From assembly GCA_051362555.1 (NCBI GenBank), contig CM120640.1:310001-374000 (forward strand): 64,000 nucleotides of DNA. Direction: 5' to 3'. A program made the position numbers and the translations under genes. Positions 41,053 to 53,503 of this stretch are shown one piece after another. Position 1 is the stretch's first letter, and every line of letters begins with the position of its first letter. A model generated the notes under the pieces. The model saw only the letters and a program-made list of their open reading frames with translations, was not told where the DNA came from and made no database searches. Source of the DNA: Lingula anatina. Taxonomy: Eukaryota > Animalia > Brachiopoda.

Positions 41053-44000
41053 ATAATCTAGGCCAAAGTTACATAGTCTGATTTAGAACTGTCATTTCTA
41101 AATCTAAGTCACTCACAGTGAGTGTGTAATGATGTGAGTCAAGGACCTGGAATGAATGACCTAACAGCTTAAATCCTCAGTATGCATTATATGTGTATGC
41201 TGTTGAAGAAAATGTGAAAAATGTAAGATTGTTTGTTTTTATCTTGACCCATTTTCATCTTTAAAGTAATAAAGGCATTTAATATTTTCAGAAGATAACA
41301 ATCCTCCTGATCAACATATTAGTGCTGCTGATGTTATACTACATGGTCTCAATATCCTGGTCCCTCTCATGAGTGCCGAGTTACTCAAGGTAAGTCTCCT
41401 TGTGGCAGCCCCGGCACTGTGGTGGTCTTGAATTATATTGTTATCTTTTAATTATAAAACAATGTGATGAATATCTGCATTTTGTTGATTATTTATTCAT
41501 TATGTACAGACACAGATGTGTCTGTACATATAGCCATCATCTGCGTCTGTCGTCGCCGTCGCCGTCGTCGCTGTCGCCGTCGTCGCCGTCGCCGTGCACT
41601 TTTACCGATAACACGATAAGTGGAAAACCATTTTACCTTTTGACTTGAAACTTGCAGAACTGATGAATATTCATAATACGCAGGTCAAGTTCGAAAATCA
41701 GCATGATCGGGTCACTTTTAGGGAATTTATGCAGTTTTTTCACTTTTTTCAGCATATATGCAGCACCGATAACACGATAAGTGGAAAACTATTTTACCTT
41801 TTGACTTGAAACTTACAGAACTGATGAATATTCATAATACGCAGGTCAAGTTCGAAAATCAGCATGATCGGGTCACTTTTAGAGAATTTATGCTGTTTTT
41901 TTCACTTTTTTCAGCATATATGCAGCATCGATAACACGATAAGTGGAAAACCATTTTACCTTTTGACTTGAAACCTACAGAACTGATGAATATTCATAAT
42001 ACGCAGGTCAAGTTCGAAAATCAGCATGATTGGGTTATTTTGAGGGAATTTATGCTGTTTTTTCACTATTTTCAATATAAATGCAACACTGATAACACAA
42101 TATAAGAAAAACGGATTGGCCAATTGTAATTATACTCACAGGAGTGGTCAATCTTACTAAAACGCAGGTTGAGTTCGAAAATCAGCATAATCGGGCCATT
42201 ATTTTAGAAGTTATACTGTTTTTTTCACATTTCCTCAGATTCAATTCTTAAAGGGATAATAACTCTTTGTATGATATCTTTATTTCACAATAAAAACATT
42301 GTGAACAACTCATAGAAATATAATATATTCTGTTTTACCTCAAAAACAGAAGTTAAAGCTATTATTCTGATATCTGAGCTTGTCTTCAGATCACGTGACT
42401 TCCATTGATGGCTGTACTCTGTTATAATCTCTTAAGAGATTTTAACAAAAAACCAAACTTTTTAGAAAAAAACCAGGGACTAAATTTGAATGTAAAAATG
42501 GATTCATTAACCATTGGTAAGTGTGGGGAAATTGTTGTTTACTCCAGGAAAATTCATTTTTTGGCCAAAACGAAGAGTTATTATCCCTTTAAGCATGTTA
42601 ACAGTCTCATTATTTAACTAATAAGATGCCTAAAAGTGTTTGTTTGATATTTCCTGCATCTTTACAACATTGTTAGTTGATTATGTAAAAAACATGGTAA
42701 ACTTGTTATCATGTATTGTGTAATAAAGTGTCAAAAATGGAAATAAACTCATATCATTGCAGTTTGTCAGATTCAATCATCCACTATGTTCAGAATCTCA
42801 GAATGGAGGAAATTGGACATTTAACACTGTTCTATTGATACTTTTCCCATCTTATCAATTTTTTTAGTTGGTCATATAAAAATGGCAGTAAAATGTTTAT
42901 TTTGTTTTATGTTAAAAAAGTGTTAAAAATGGAAATAAACCCATTTCAGAACAGTGCTATCTTGTTTAGCATATATGCAGCACCGATAACACGATAAATG
43001 GAAAACCATTTTACCTTTTGGCTTGAAACTTACAGAACTGATGAATATTCATAATACGCAGGTCAAGTTCGAAAATCAGCATGATCGGGTCACTTATAGG
43101 GAATTTATGCTGTTTTTTCACTTTTTTCAGCATATATGCAGCACCGATAACACAATAAGTGGAAAACCGTTTTTCCTTTTGGCTTGAAACTTACAGAACT
43201 GATGAAGATTCATAATACACAGGTCAAGTTCGAAAATCAGCATGATTGGGTCATTTTTAGGGAATTTATGCTGTTTTTTCACTTTTTTCAGCATATATGC
43301 AGCACCGATAACATGATAAGTGGAAAACCATTTTACCTTTTGGCTTGAAACTTACAGAACTGATGAATATTCATAATACGCAGGTCAAGTTTGAAAATCG
43401 GCATGATTGGGTTATTTTTAGGGAATTTATGGTAATTTTTCACTTTTTTCAGCATATATGCAGCACCGATAACACGATAAGTGGAAAACCAATTAACCTT
43501 TTGGCTTGAAACTTGCAGAACTGATGAATATTCATAATAGGCAGGTCAAGTTCAAAAATCAGCATGATTGGATCATTGTTAGGGAATTTATGCTGTTTTT
43601 TCACTTTTTTCAGCATATATGCAGCACTGATAACACAATAAGTGGAAAACTGTTTTTTCTTTTGGCTTGAAACTTACAGAACTAATGAATATTCATAATA
43701 CACAGGTCAAGTTTGAAAATCAACAAGATTGGGCAATTTTTATGGAAGTTATCCTGTTTTTTGTTTTTTTTTTCAATTTTTTCAGCACTTTTGTAACACC
43801 GATAACTTGATAAGTGTAAAAATGTTTTTCCTTTTGGATTGAAATTTACAGAACTGGTGAATATTTATAATACGCAGGTCAAGTTTGAAAATTGGCATGA
43901 TTGGACTATTTTAACAAAAGTAATGCTGTTTTTTTCCTTTATTCAGCATACATGCAACACTGATAACGCATTTTAAGGAAAACCAATCAGCCTTTTATCT

Positions 44001-46038
44001 TGCAACTCACAGGAGTGATCAATCTGACCAGTATACAGATCAAGTTTGAAAATAAGCTTGATCAGTTAAGTTTTGATGAAGTTATTAGCCTTTTTGTATA
44101 TAAGTGGTTTTTCTTCAGATTTAATTCTTAAGCATGTTAACAGTCTCATTACAGAACTAATTGGATATGTAAAAGTGTTGTTTTAACATTTTCTGCTTCT
44201 TAACAATATTGTTAGTTGATTATATAAAAATGACGGTAAACCTATTATAGTGCATTGTGTAATAAAGTATCAAAAATGGAAAGGAACTCATCATTGCAGT
44301 TTGTCAGATTCAATCATTCACTATGTTCAGAATCTCCAAATGGAGCAAATTGGACATTATAAATTGTTCTATTTATATTTTTCCTATGTCAACAATTTTC
44401 CTAGTTGATCATATAAAAATGACAGTAAATTGATTATTGTTTTATGTAAAAAAGGTGTTGAAAATGGAAAGAAAAACCATTTCAGTACAGTTATCTCTTG
44501 TTAACATTTTGGCATTTTGAAAGTGTGACTCTGAACTTCCATGTCCTTGGAGACCTTTCCGTATCACATTTTCTGAATATCCATGATACTTTTATTTTTT
44601 TTTTATAAAAAAATTGATGGTTTATTGCTGGTAAGTATTATGTTATATTGCATGAAAGTTGAAGAAAACCCTACTTTGTACACTGCTGCCAGGATAGCGA
44701 TTAAGGGAAAACCATGTTACTTATGATAATCAACCTTACTGAAAAGACTGAAGTGCAGCTTGTGTTGGAAAACCATTGTAATTGTTTTCTGTTTTGAAAG
44801 CAATGCAGTAGAGTGCTATTTGGTGCAATAAATGTATATGGATAGTAGGCAGTTAATTCAGGGTTGTAAAGTAATTTGCTTAATTGATTTTCAAGTTATT
44901 TCAGGGTTATAAAATAATTTGCTTAATTGATTTTCAAGTGGCCATTAAATGAGATTACATAAACACACATTGAGATTTCATTGTAAAGTCCCATAGGTTT
45001 AGCTCTCTTAACTGTGTCACATAATTAGGAATCGATTATTATTATGCAGGTAAATGTTATTTAATATTGAAAATAAGTTTACAAAAGAAAAATTTTGTGT
45101 AACGCTTACATTAATGTTAAGATGAATAACAGTGCCTTATTATTCTCAAACTCAATAGGGTTATTCATATCATGTTAGTAATTGTACAGCTAGATTAAAA
45201 GTTTGAATAGCAGCTTTATTGGTATTTTTTGTTGTTTTATTTTACATTTTCTTTTAATTTTTTTTTCAAACACTAGCATCTTCAAGATGACACTTTCAAC
45301 TGTCATCCACCAGAAGCGCTGTGTATTTTGTTTTTCCACATTAGCAGTTGTGTTGGTTTTTATGTCTTTAAACATTGTGTAATATTATTTTATGCACTGT
45401 CATCATTTTTCACATATAGGGATTTTCATTATGTGAATTTGAAGTCTCACATATGGTCCTGAAACTGAATCTTATTGACCATGTTATTCTGTTGTATATA
45501 TTTTTGAAATTTTTATCTTTTACCTACTGGCATTTTAAGTGTGGGACTTATAACTCCCAAGGGTATGTAACAGTTCACTTTTATTGATACTACCTGTTGT
45601 GCAATATTTGCAACTTGACTTTACAGTTAAAGGGATAATAACTGTTCTTTTTTGGCAAATAATTTTTTTTCTAAAAAGTTTTTTTTGTTAAAATCTCTTA
45701 AGAAATTATTACAAAGTATAGCCACCTATGGAGGTCACATGGTCTGATGACAAGTTCAGATATCAGAATAATAGCTATGACTGCCCTTTTTGTGGTAAAA
45801 CAAAATATATTATATTTCTGTGACTTGTTTACACTGTTTAAACTGAAGTTGGATGATTCATATCATGGTTATGCAGCTAGACTGAATTGAGCTTTAGTGG
45901 AATATTTTTGTAATTTTTTCTTTAATTTTTAATTTTTCAAACTGGCATTTTCAAGATGTGACTTATCACTCCCATCCACCAGGAGCCCTGTACTGTAACT
46001 TTGTAACACTTTCTGTATTTTTTTAACTTACAAGTATG

Positions 46039-46115
<77 letters not shown>

Positions 46116-48009
46116 TTTTAAATTGAGTTTAAGCAATGAGTTTAAGAAATTTTCACTTTATCTCATTCTGGCATTTCCAAAGTTTAACTCTTATCAGCCT
46201 CAAGCCTTAGGGACTATTTCCACACCCTATCACGCTAACTGTGGATCGATGTATCTCCAAGGGAATTCTCGCTAAATTGCAATCAATGTAAGTGGCTTAG
46301 CTGTCTGTCACGCCTACTGAAACTGGCATGCCAGAATCCTAAGCCGCTTAAACTGAAAGCAATTTAGTGAGAAACCCCTTGGAGTTGGATTGATCCTGTT
46401 AGATTGATCTAGGTATGGGAACTCAGTCTAATGCTTGTTACACATTTTACTTTCATCCTAATTCAATGTTATGCAGAATTAGAATTTGATGTTGGCTATG
46501 CAGTTACAGTAAGCATAATACATTAATGCATCAAAATTGACAGTATCCTATTTCCTGCGCTTTTTTTCTGTTTTTTGTCTGTACATTTGACAGCTTTGCT
46601 GCCTTGTTTTATGTATTCTGAACCTATGTTGTTGTTGAAGTAAACAAGTTTTTTTACAAAAAAAATAAATATAAGTTCATTTTTTAAGTGTACCCTATCC
46701 CTAGAGGCTGTTTATTTATTGACATTAAAGACCATTATGTATTCCAGTTCCCGTCTCTGTGTAGCCAGTATTTTACCCTGATCATATTATGTATTCCAGT
46801 TCTCCTCTCTGTGTAGCCATTTTACCCTGATCATATTATGTATTCCAGTTCCCCTCTCTGTGCAGCCAGTATTTTACGCTGATCATATTATGTATTCCAG
46901 TTCCCGTCTCTGTGTAGCCAGTATTTTACCCTGATCACATTCATAGCTGAGATCTTCCCAGAGAAGATATGCGAGTTGCCGCAGCAGTTACAGGACAGTT
47001 TGTTGTCTTCTCTGGACCTGGGACTCTCCTCGTATCCTTGGTGATAATCAAGGGCAGATTGTGGCTGTCTTCTGGAATACGGTCAGATTTTCAAGTTTAC
47101 ATTGATGGGTATCTAATTTTTTTTTTTTTTTTTTTTTTTTTTTGTTCTTGAAAGATGGTCAAAAATGGAGGATTGTTCAACAAAGATAATTTAGAAGACT
47201 GTCAGATAATGTTCATGTAACAACAACTGGCACAGTAACACTTTATACACACTTATGGGTAATTTCATTGAAATGATTGCTTTCAATTACAGTGGACATA
47301 TAGTTTGCTTTATGTTTACATATTTTCATTTATGCCAACATGTGCAGTACATTATATAGACACTCAGTATAATGATAGTTATCATTTTCTAGATTGCCAA
47401 ATTATTTAGAATAGTAAATGATAATGATAATTTTAAAAAAACATGAATGACTTTATATTTGTCCAAATTATTATTATTGACTTTATATTTAAACCTCTTG
47501 TAATTGATTGAATGGCCGTGTTTTGTGTTCCTTGACTCAGTTATCAGTTATGGCACAGAGGCAACTCGTCATTGTCTGGAATTTCTGACATCTTTAGCAA
47601 GCCACATCTTTGAGAAGAACCTCTTGGGGACGAGGTTACATGCAGCTTTAGCGCACTTTCTAGAGGTCAGTTCTATAATCATCCACAACCCAATGATTCT
47701 GTTTGCCATTGTAAGATTTTAGAATTCATATTATTTTATATAAACTAACTATACCAGGTTAGTCAGGTTCCCTGGCTAAGAACTTAATTACCAAGGTTAC
47801 ATGGTCACTTGGGCACATCTTGCCCTATCAGGAGCAGTGTAACAGCATTCTCATGGAAATTTTAGTCAACTTAGCCACGGAACTGACTTAAGTTTTTTCT
47901 GAAGAATAAGTTGACTTGTAGCTTCACTGGTGTAGTTGATTTCATCAGCACTTTGTCACCCATCACAGGACTTTTGTACTGTAACAACATATTTAGTGCA
48001 ATATATGAC

Positions 48010-48045
<36 letters not shown>

Positions 48046-48813
48046 GTTAATAAATTTTGCATGGACAGGAATGGGATAAGTCCTATCCCCCTTGTGTCTT
48101 TTAACAATCAAGTTTGTTTATTCTGTTTACTTGTCTTATGCTACTGAGGTTCTGTGTTTATTTACTTTCAGCTGTTGTTTCAACTTCTATTCCTGGATTC
48201 CTTTGACATGGATCTTCTAGATGTAGCCAGTCAGACCCTCTTTACACTGATGTGTTGTCACAAAGTGAGTGAAATGTAGTAGTATTAAGAGAAAAGACAG
48301 CTATTAACTGCTGGTGTTATGAACAGTTGATTGATTTCATGGGTATTTCATGCTAACTTTAATAAGCAGAGTAGACAATCCTATAGGCATGTCATGGCAT
48401 TAGAGAGTTCATCTTAGAATTTCTATGTGTAGTACTCTTATAGAGATGATTTTCAAAGTGAAGTGACAAACTGTTGAATTTAACAAACCAATACTGTTGT
48501 CTGGATATATCATAAAGTGGAATGAGCAGAGCAACAGTGAGGGTTTGTTTTAACCTAAAAATGTGCCTTGAGCTGTGCCATTGTGTTACGTTGACAGAGC
48601 TTGCTGTAATTTCAGGAGAAGTACCACGCATTAGTCCAGACTCTTCTTTCCAAGCAGACAGATGCCTTATATCACACCAGACTGGTGGAAGCCTTTAACA
48701 AACTGACTCCTGCTACCTTACACTTAAACCTCCACAGACAGAGCAAAATTGCTTTTAGACAGAACTTTGACAGATTTCTTGTTGATGTCAGAGGGATATT
48801 ATGTGTGAAATAG
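20716..48813 (+). CDS. XPO4: Exportin-4, 25 coding exons
   Basis: Exons: 20716-20766, 21348-21453, 21728-21869, 22113-22254, 22647-22763, 23077-23233, 23635-23744, 24364-24521, 24962-25136, 25550-25726, 25936-26078, 26374-26510, 26854-27034, 35540-35699, 37102-37271, 39031-39202, 39540-39744, 40095-40183, 40427-40493, 40880-40990, 41292-41389, 46901-47031, 47548-47665, 48172-48264, 48616-48813. Phases are compatible. Motifs APP..NNEQRHAAE..FLNFRKSK, YVLFQAA, LQNYVREQ, GLTWEFHSKCK, CHLSPPDGTRN, EDLHWLLLITAHVL, GETPLIP, and C-terminal LCVK* match XPO4. Confidence 0.95.
22241..22515 (+). repeat. Duplicated XPO4 exon-4 donor junction interleaved with (TG)n
   Basis: gagacttgtctatg|gtgagctgtg recurs near 22338, 22441 and 22495. 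Confidence 0.75.
23234..23634 (+). other. U12-type AT-AC intron of XPO4
   Basis: Donor ATATCCTTT, branch TTCTTAAC about 10 nt before terminal CCAC. Splicing keeps the frame (..PNR P RRHIGSF). Confidence 0.9.
28561..30137 (-). mobile_element. Helentron (HINE-like) copy B, diverged
   Basis: Same termini as copy A: aaacaaggcagcaaaactgttaaatgcacagaca ... atgtacagagacatctgtatttgtacat. Confidence 0.7.
29631..29961 (+). mobile_element. TTAA-flanked MITE (Kolobok-like), copy 1
   Basis: ttaa|AGGGATAATAACTCTT ... AAGAGTTATTATCTTT|ttaa; highly similar to 42252-42588. Confidence 0.75.
32731..35530 (+). mobile_element. Helentron (HINE-like) copy C
   Basis: 5' tttttATGTACAGACACAGATGTGTCTGTACAT; 3' tgtctgtacattcaacagccttgctgcttt abutting the XPO4 exon-14 acceptor. 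Confidence 0.75.
35800..37143 (+). repeat. Compound minisatellite carrying five extra copies of the XPO4 exon-15 acceptor plus 42 nt of exon
   Basis: ttcttccag|ATTAGTCTGGCACT...GACACAGAG with AG ending at 35956, 36077, 36238, 36509 and 36936; the real one ends at 37101. Interspersed ~39-bp tagtggtgtagtgtatatatacatatagatatagatac units. Confidence 0.95.
37277..37717 (+). repeat. 30-bp minisatellite (~14-15 copies) immediately after the exon-15 donor
   Basis: Unit gtcacagtgtcaggtgtcatggggtcagat. Confidence 0.95.
37796..39000 (-). mobile_element. Truncated BEL/Pao-like LTR retrotransposon (LTR plus start of gag)
   Basis: On the minus strand TGTTGTCGAC starts at 39000, with a TATA-like motif near 38900, AATAAA near 38300 and ...AGTAACA ending near 38249. 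Then ORF MDTKTEKTADELRRVRSSCKGIVTRHLNALE...FEAAHFQYHETLEDE, like a BEL gag N-terminus, cut off by (TTA)n. Confidence 0.6.
39190..39470 (+). repeat. Degenerate tandem copies of the XPO4 exon-16 donor (tctggaaatgt|gtRagt)
   Basis: The ctggaaatgt motif recurs about 10 times downstream of the donor at 39202/39203. Confidence 0.85.
41003..41050. repeat. (TG)n microsatellite
   Basis: Direct reading. Confidence 0.9.
42252..42588 (+). mobile_element. TTAA-flanked MITE (Kolobok-like), 337 bp, copy 2
   Basis: TIRs AGGGATAATAACTCTT / AAGAGTTATTATCCCT, TTAA on both sides. An empty paralogous site aattcttaagcatgttaac is seen near 44063. Confidence 0.85.
45630..45840 (-). mobile_element. Deleted reverse copy of the TTAA MITE, copy 3
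   Basis: ttaaagggataataact followed by reverse-complement similarity to the MITE interior. Confidence 0.6.
46209..46430. mobile_element. Degenerate MITE related to 19133-19353
   Basis: Imperfect inverted arms ggatcgatgtatctccaaggg / cccttggagttggattgatcc. Confidence 0.45.
46733..46938 (+). repeat. Four ~52-bp tandem copies spanning the XPO4 exon-22 acceptor
   Basis: attatgtattccag|TTCCCGTCTCTGTGTAGCCAGTATTTTACCCTGATCA with AG ending at 46747, 46799, 46848 and 46900. Confidence 0.95.
47032..47547 (+). other. U12-type GT-AG intron of XPO4
   Basis: Donor GTATCCTT, branch TTCCTTGAC at 47528-47536; frame kept (LGLS S YGTE). Confidence 0.85.
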
Positions 48814-49557
48814 TTCTAGTAAGGCCAGTTACCAAATGGTACATAACTGGGGCCTATCCTTCAGCAGAGGCTGTTTTAATGTGGCATACACTGGCTGTGG
48901 CTTGGTTCTTAGACATATTTATTTGACATTTTAGTCCACTCTCGTAAATAAGGATGAAACTGTGTTAGAAATGAATTGATAACAATGGTTATGTTCAAAG
49001 ATTTTTATGCAGAAGAATTACTCTCCAAGGTTTACAGATTCCTGTTTTTGAAAACATCTGATGCAATCTCATGATCTTTTTTCTATTGGTCAAGTACAGG
49101 AAGTATTGAACATCTATGCCACCAATATTAACACTTGGGATAGTTTTCATAATTGTTTCTTAACTGTTTTCTTAACAATTTCTTAATTGTTTCTTAACTG
49201 TTCACAAAGAAATCTTGTTTGTTTTCCCTCAATTTTTCTTCCAAAATAAATATGAGAAAGGACAATAAAGTCAAATTTTCATAGACAGGTTTTATCTTTG
49301 AAATTTAATTTTTGTTAATTAATTAATTTATTTATTTATTAATTTATTTATTTATTGTGTTTATTTAATATGCACAGGTTTATTATATGAAAATATGCAA
49401 ACATATACATGTATCATATAAATATCAAATTGAGTCCCATTCAATCCTACTTCTATGAACATCAAGGAGAAAATCTTGGATCTGAACTGTGTTGTTTAAT
49501 AATGTCCACTAAGTGAAGCAGAGTTTGAGTCTGTATTTTATTTTCCCAAACATCAAA

Positions 49558-49723
49558 GGCCACATTCAGAACAGTGGACTTACTAGTCTGAGTGTCAAGT
49601 ATAGCGACCAACTAAAAATATAATCTGCTATAAAACACTGAATAGATTCCCCGTAGGGAAGTATTCAAGTGGGTTGGCCATATTGACTCTCGGACTAGTT
49701 AGTCCACTGTTCTGAATACGGCC
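49558..49723. mobile_element. Harbinger-like MITE downstream of the XPO4 stop
   Basis: ~41-bp imperfect TIRs GGCCACATTCAGAACAGTGGACTTACTAGTC / GACTAGTTAGTCCACTGTTCTGAATACGGCC; TAA on the right flank. Confidence 0.7.
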
Positions 49724-50741
49724 TAAGTTATCACTGTGATAACCTAACTCCATACAAAATTATCCACTTTCTGCTATGTGTTGCTTATTTGTTGATCTGA
49801 TGTCAACTTATGCGAATAATCCAGCAGGCACAGTCAGAAATAGCCTTTGTGATTCCATATTTATCTATACTATTTGTTGGTTGTCATAATAAACAACTAT
49901 GATATTGTTGTAGGCGATTAATAAAGATGAAAATCAGTCACTTGCTAGGGCTCTATTGTAAAGAAAACGCGCGCGCGCACTAACAGACCGTAGACGGGTC
50001 TTGCACGAACACACTATTTCAAAGTACACATTATGGTCGTGGTGTGGGGGGGTGGGGTGAGATGCTTACTTTGAACATAAACATCGCCTTGCATTCTCTC
50101 TTTATAAAAAAAACTCGCTATTACAAAAAAATCAAAATGCTTGTTTATGTTGAATTCCACATAGATTATACGTAAGCTGTTGATTTACATAAAGCAGTAG
50201 TATTGAGTTAAATTTCACTGAATTATAAAGAACTTCCTGTAGATAAATCAAATTTGAAGTACGGGGCGTTTTACATGAAAATGCATGTATAAAATGCATT
50301 TTTGTTATGTTTGTCGGTTCGATACATGTGTTGACATTCTTATCTGTAGTTGGCAATACATGAAATGTAATTTTCAGCTCGTCTTCCTGACATGCAAGCA
50401 CGCTGTCCTGTCATATTCCCTCTTTATCATTCCTAAGGACTGCTGAGCCATGATTATGTTTCTATTACATCACTCACTGCCGAGATGTCATGTTGAAGAC
50501 AATTGAAAATGAATAATTGACGCAGTAAAGAAGGTGCTCCGTTATCAAAATCAATCAACAGCCCTTTGTCCCAAGAGAGAGAGAGAGACGGAATAGGTTT
50601 TATGGCATGTTCAAGTATATACGTAAGGCTTGAAAAGGAAACGGGACATTTGGTCGTAGAATTGCCGTTAGTTACTGTTTACAATGCTCTCCTCACCGGC
50701 AGGATAGCGCTTGAGTCAAGGAATTATAGCAAGAATCTTCC

Positions 50742-51590
50742 ATGGACGAAAAGCCTCTGCGACGCCGTTTGTCTTGTTCGGTTGTGGAATTTGTGGATAT
50801 ATCTAATTTAGTGAGGTACGTGTATTGTAAGTTTTAAAAATAAATGTACCTGTGCCTGGCGGACAGAGGGACAAATGTGTGGAAAGACAGAAGGATGGAT
50901 GTAACGATGACAAAAAAATCATGTTCGAAGCTTTATTAAAATCATTTACTTAAAAAACCGACTGGTAGTCATTATATTTAAGATTTGCCTAAATTCTCAT
51001 GAAAGAAAACAAATGGGAGTCACCTAAAATTTAATCAAAGGTGTATAATTTATTGCAGGTCACGCAGCTCGTGCACGATGACGTCTGTGGGGGAGATAGA
51101 ACCCAGTTTACTGCCGAGCCACTTCAACTCCGCTTTACGACATTACAAATCGTCTGCCTGCTCGGACGGCACCGCCACTAATCTGGCAGAACGCCGCATT
51201 AAAGGACGCCCGTCTCCCGGGAGGATGTTCTATAGAGAAAAAAGTGCACCAACAAGGGGCGAAAAGCAGCTTGTAAGCGGGATTTTACAAAACAGGGGTT
51301 TTTCAAACGCGGACGCCAATCTTTATAGTACCGCCGTTCTTGAACACCAGAATGCTTGGAGGCTCGTTCCTGCTTACCAGCCTTTCTCCCACAAAAACGA
51401 CACAACTCCATTACTGACAGTACGGCGTCTACAGTGTCGAACGCGAGAGGAGGAGATGGAAGAGATGGACACACCTGCCTGTGCGTCACAACAAGCTGGA
51501 GTGCAAGATACCAAACACGATTACGACGAACAGGAAAAATCTGGCGGCATTCATATTTATCTTCCAAGAATAGAAATTGACGAAAGTTAG
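50742..51590 (+). CDS. Two-exon uncharacterised protein (~201 aa)
   Basis: Exon 50742-50815 (MDEKPLRRRLSCSVVEFVDISNLV AG|gtacgt; upstream in-frame TAG) joins in phase 2 to 51059-51590, in frame with the 170-aa ORF. Confidence 0.65.
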
Positions 51591-52723
51591 ATTAACACTC
51601 CATACTGCCCGATTGCTCAAAAAGACTGACTTTTAAGGGGCAGATTTCAATAACGCACCATTTGCCATTAGACGTAACTGTTCAAAGTCATAAAAACTGC
51701 ACCTAATATAGTATCATGCAACCCTTTGTGATACTTTTTCTGAGACAAGTACCATTGAAGTTGCATAGACACCTGCTCAGCTACGACATTTTCTCCTCAG
51801 TATCTGAGTACCCTGAACCACGCTAATAAATAGATGTTAATCGTTTTTTTGTATCTATTCAATACATTGATCTTTTCATATCTTGCTTTAGTCTCAATTT
51901 ACCTACATTCACAGGAAACCTGTCAGCTGTTTCTGAGGAGACACTTCAAGTAACGTGTACCCTGAAATACGGGTAATTTATAATTGATCACCGTTTTTTA
52001 TATATTGATATTTCATTTTTGTGAATATAAAGGCCTCAGTACAAAGTGACAGGGTGTCCGCGAGTTTGTCTTGATAAAGCACTTTACGTCACGACTTACT
52101 TGGTTTATTGCAACAGATACTGAGAAATAAATCGATCGACTGTTTTACTAAGATTGACTGATCGGCTAAGTACAGGTGGAGCGCACTTCATTATCAGAAA
52201 CTTGCACATTTCAACTTGCCACAATAATGCAAGTGGTTTTGTTTGTTTTGTTATGAAAAAAAAACGCAGTTACTGAAAACACTCATTTGTGATATCGTAA
52301 AAGCAACGGTATGTAACTGAGACTGAAATACTGCGTACTTAACAATTCAGGATATCAATCACTGCTAAACACAGGAAGGAAAGAGTTAACAGCACTTTTG
52401 AATATAGAAGTCTAATATGAATAGAAACAATTCGACAATACATTAATTAAGAAACGCACAAGCAACATTTTCTCTTATATTTTCAAAAGGAATTGGAAGT
52501 TTGATAAAGTGGCGGAAACTGTATACAAATCTGCAGAATTAATCGTCAAAATGCAGTCAAACAACCCCGCCCAAAGATATCATGAAAAAATTGTAAGTGG
52601 GGGCATGACTACTGAAAAAAGGCCGTTTTTCCCAGAGGCCTAATAACGAAGGCTGCCCATCATTTCTGCATGGTGGTAAAACATTTAAAATACCCAAGAC
52701 TATCAAGATTCTATAAAAATCTG

Positions 52724-53503
52724 CTACACCACAGCACCGTATAATGACGAGGGCGTTGCTGGAGGAACGCTGGGAAGACAATCCGTCGAAACTTGCGTCT
52801 GGATGGGTCTGGTCACGGCAGGGTGGGGGCGAGAGGGGGGAATCAGCCTGGGCAACGTCGGCATCTTCCAATCCGCTCTCTGGCGCCGAATTCGACGGTT
52901 TGATGAAGTGTCTTTAGTGCTGGGTTCAAGCCTTATGAAACCACACGTTTTGGAACTTTTGTAATGTTCAAACTTTTTAGTTTTCTCTGCGTGTCTAGCT
53001 TGTTGTTTTGTCCAATGTTGAATCCATCTTTTCTGTTGACTGCTCATGACGCCGCTTTGTCGAGCATGGTCATTGTTCTTGACTCCCTCGTTCGCATGTA
53101 AAAATGGTAAAAGATGGGAACTGTTAATATCTGAAGGCCTGTTTATTAAACGTGTTCTGCTGACACATTTTTGTTTTTGGACAAGTCCGTTCATCTGTTG
53201 TCCTGTCCGTAACGCCGCCTCACCTGGAGTGTTGGCGCTCTTTCTCCCTCCAGTGGCGCTGACGGGGGCAAGTCCATGGCTGTTTTCCCTTGCGAGATCA
53301 TACGGATATAATTTATCCACGATTTCGTTCACTGGCTGCGAACAGAGCGATTTAAGCCATGTTCTCTCGCGTTCCACCGCGCCATTTAGAGTTAACCGGA
53401 GACGCGCCCAGAACCCTAGCGGCAGCCTGTGTGCTGGCGTCTCAGTGGAGGTAAGGGGACCAGACTGTGACCCCTCTGGACGGCCGAGAGGTCCTGACAT
53501 CAA
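52724..53503 (-). CDS. Uncharacterised basic ~259-aa protein, apparently single coding exon
   Basis: Long ORF in a GC-elevated block; no recognisable domain. Confidence 0.6.
   Translation of the reverse strand: MMSGPLGRPEGSQSGPLTSTETPAHRLPLGFWARLRLTLNGAVERERTWLKSLCSQPVNEIVDKLYPYDLARENSHGLAPVSATGGRKSANTPGEAALRTGQQMNGLVQKQKCVSRTRLINRPSDINSSHLLPFLHANEGVKNNDHARQSGVMSSQQKRWIQHWTKQQARHAEKTKKFEHYKSSKTCGFIRLEPSTKDTSSNRRIRRQRADWKMPTLPRLIPPSRPHPAVTRPIQTQVSTDCLPSVPPATPSSLYGAVV

Larger units (their letters stand above)
41500..46610 (+). mobile_element. Helentron (HINE-like) copy D with expanded ~161-bp tandem arrays
   Basis: 5' hairpin at 41502, (GTCGCC)n, ~161-bp units starting at 41605, 41766, 41928 and again over 42982-43960. 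3' end tgtctgtacatttgacagctttgctgccttgttt at 46576-46609. Confidence 0.8.
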
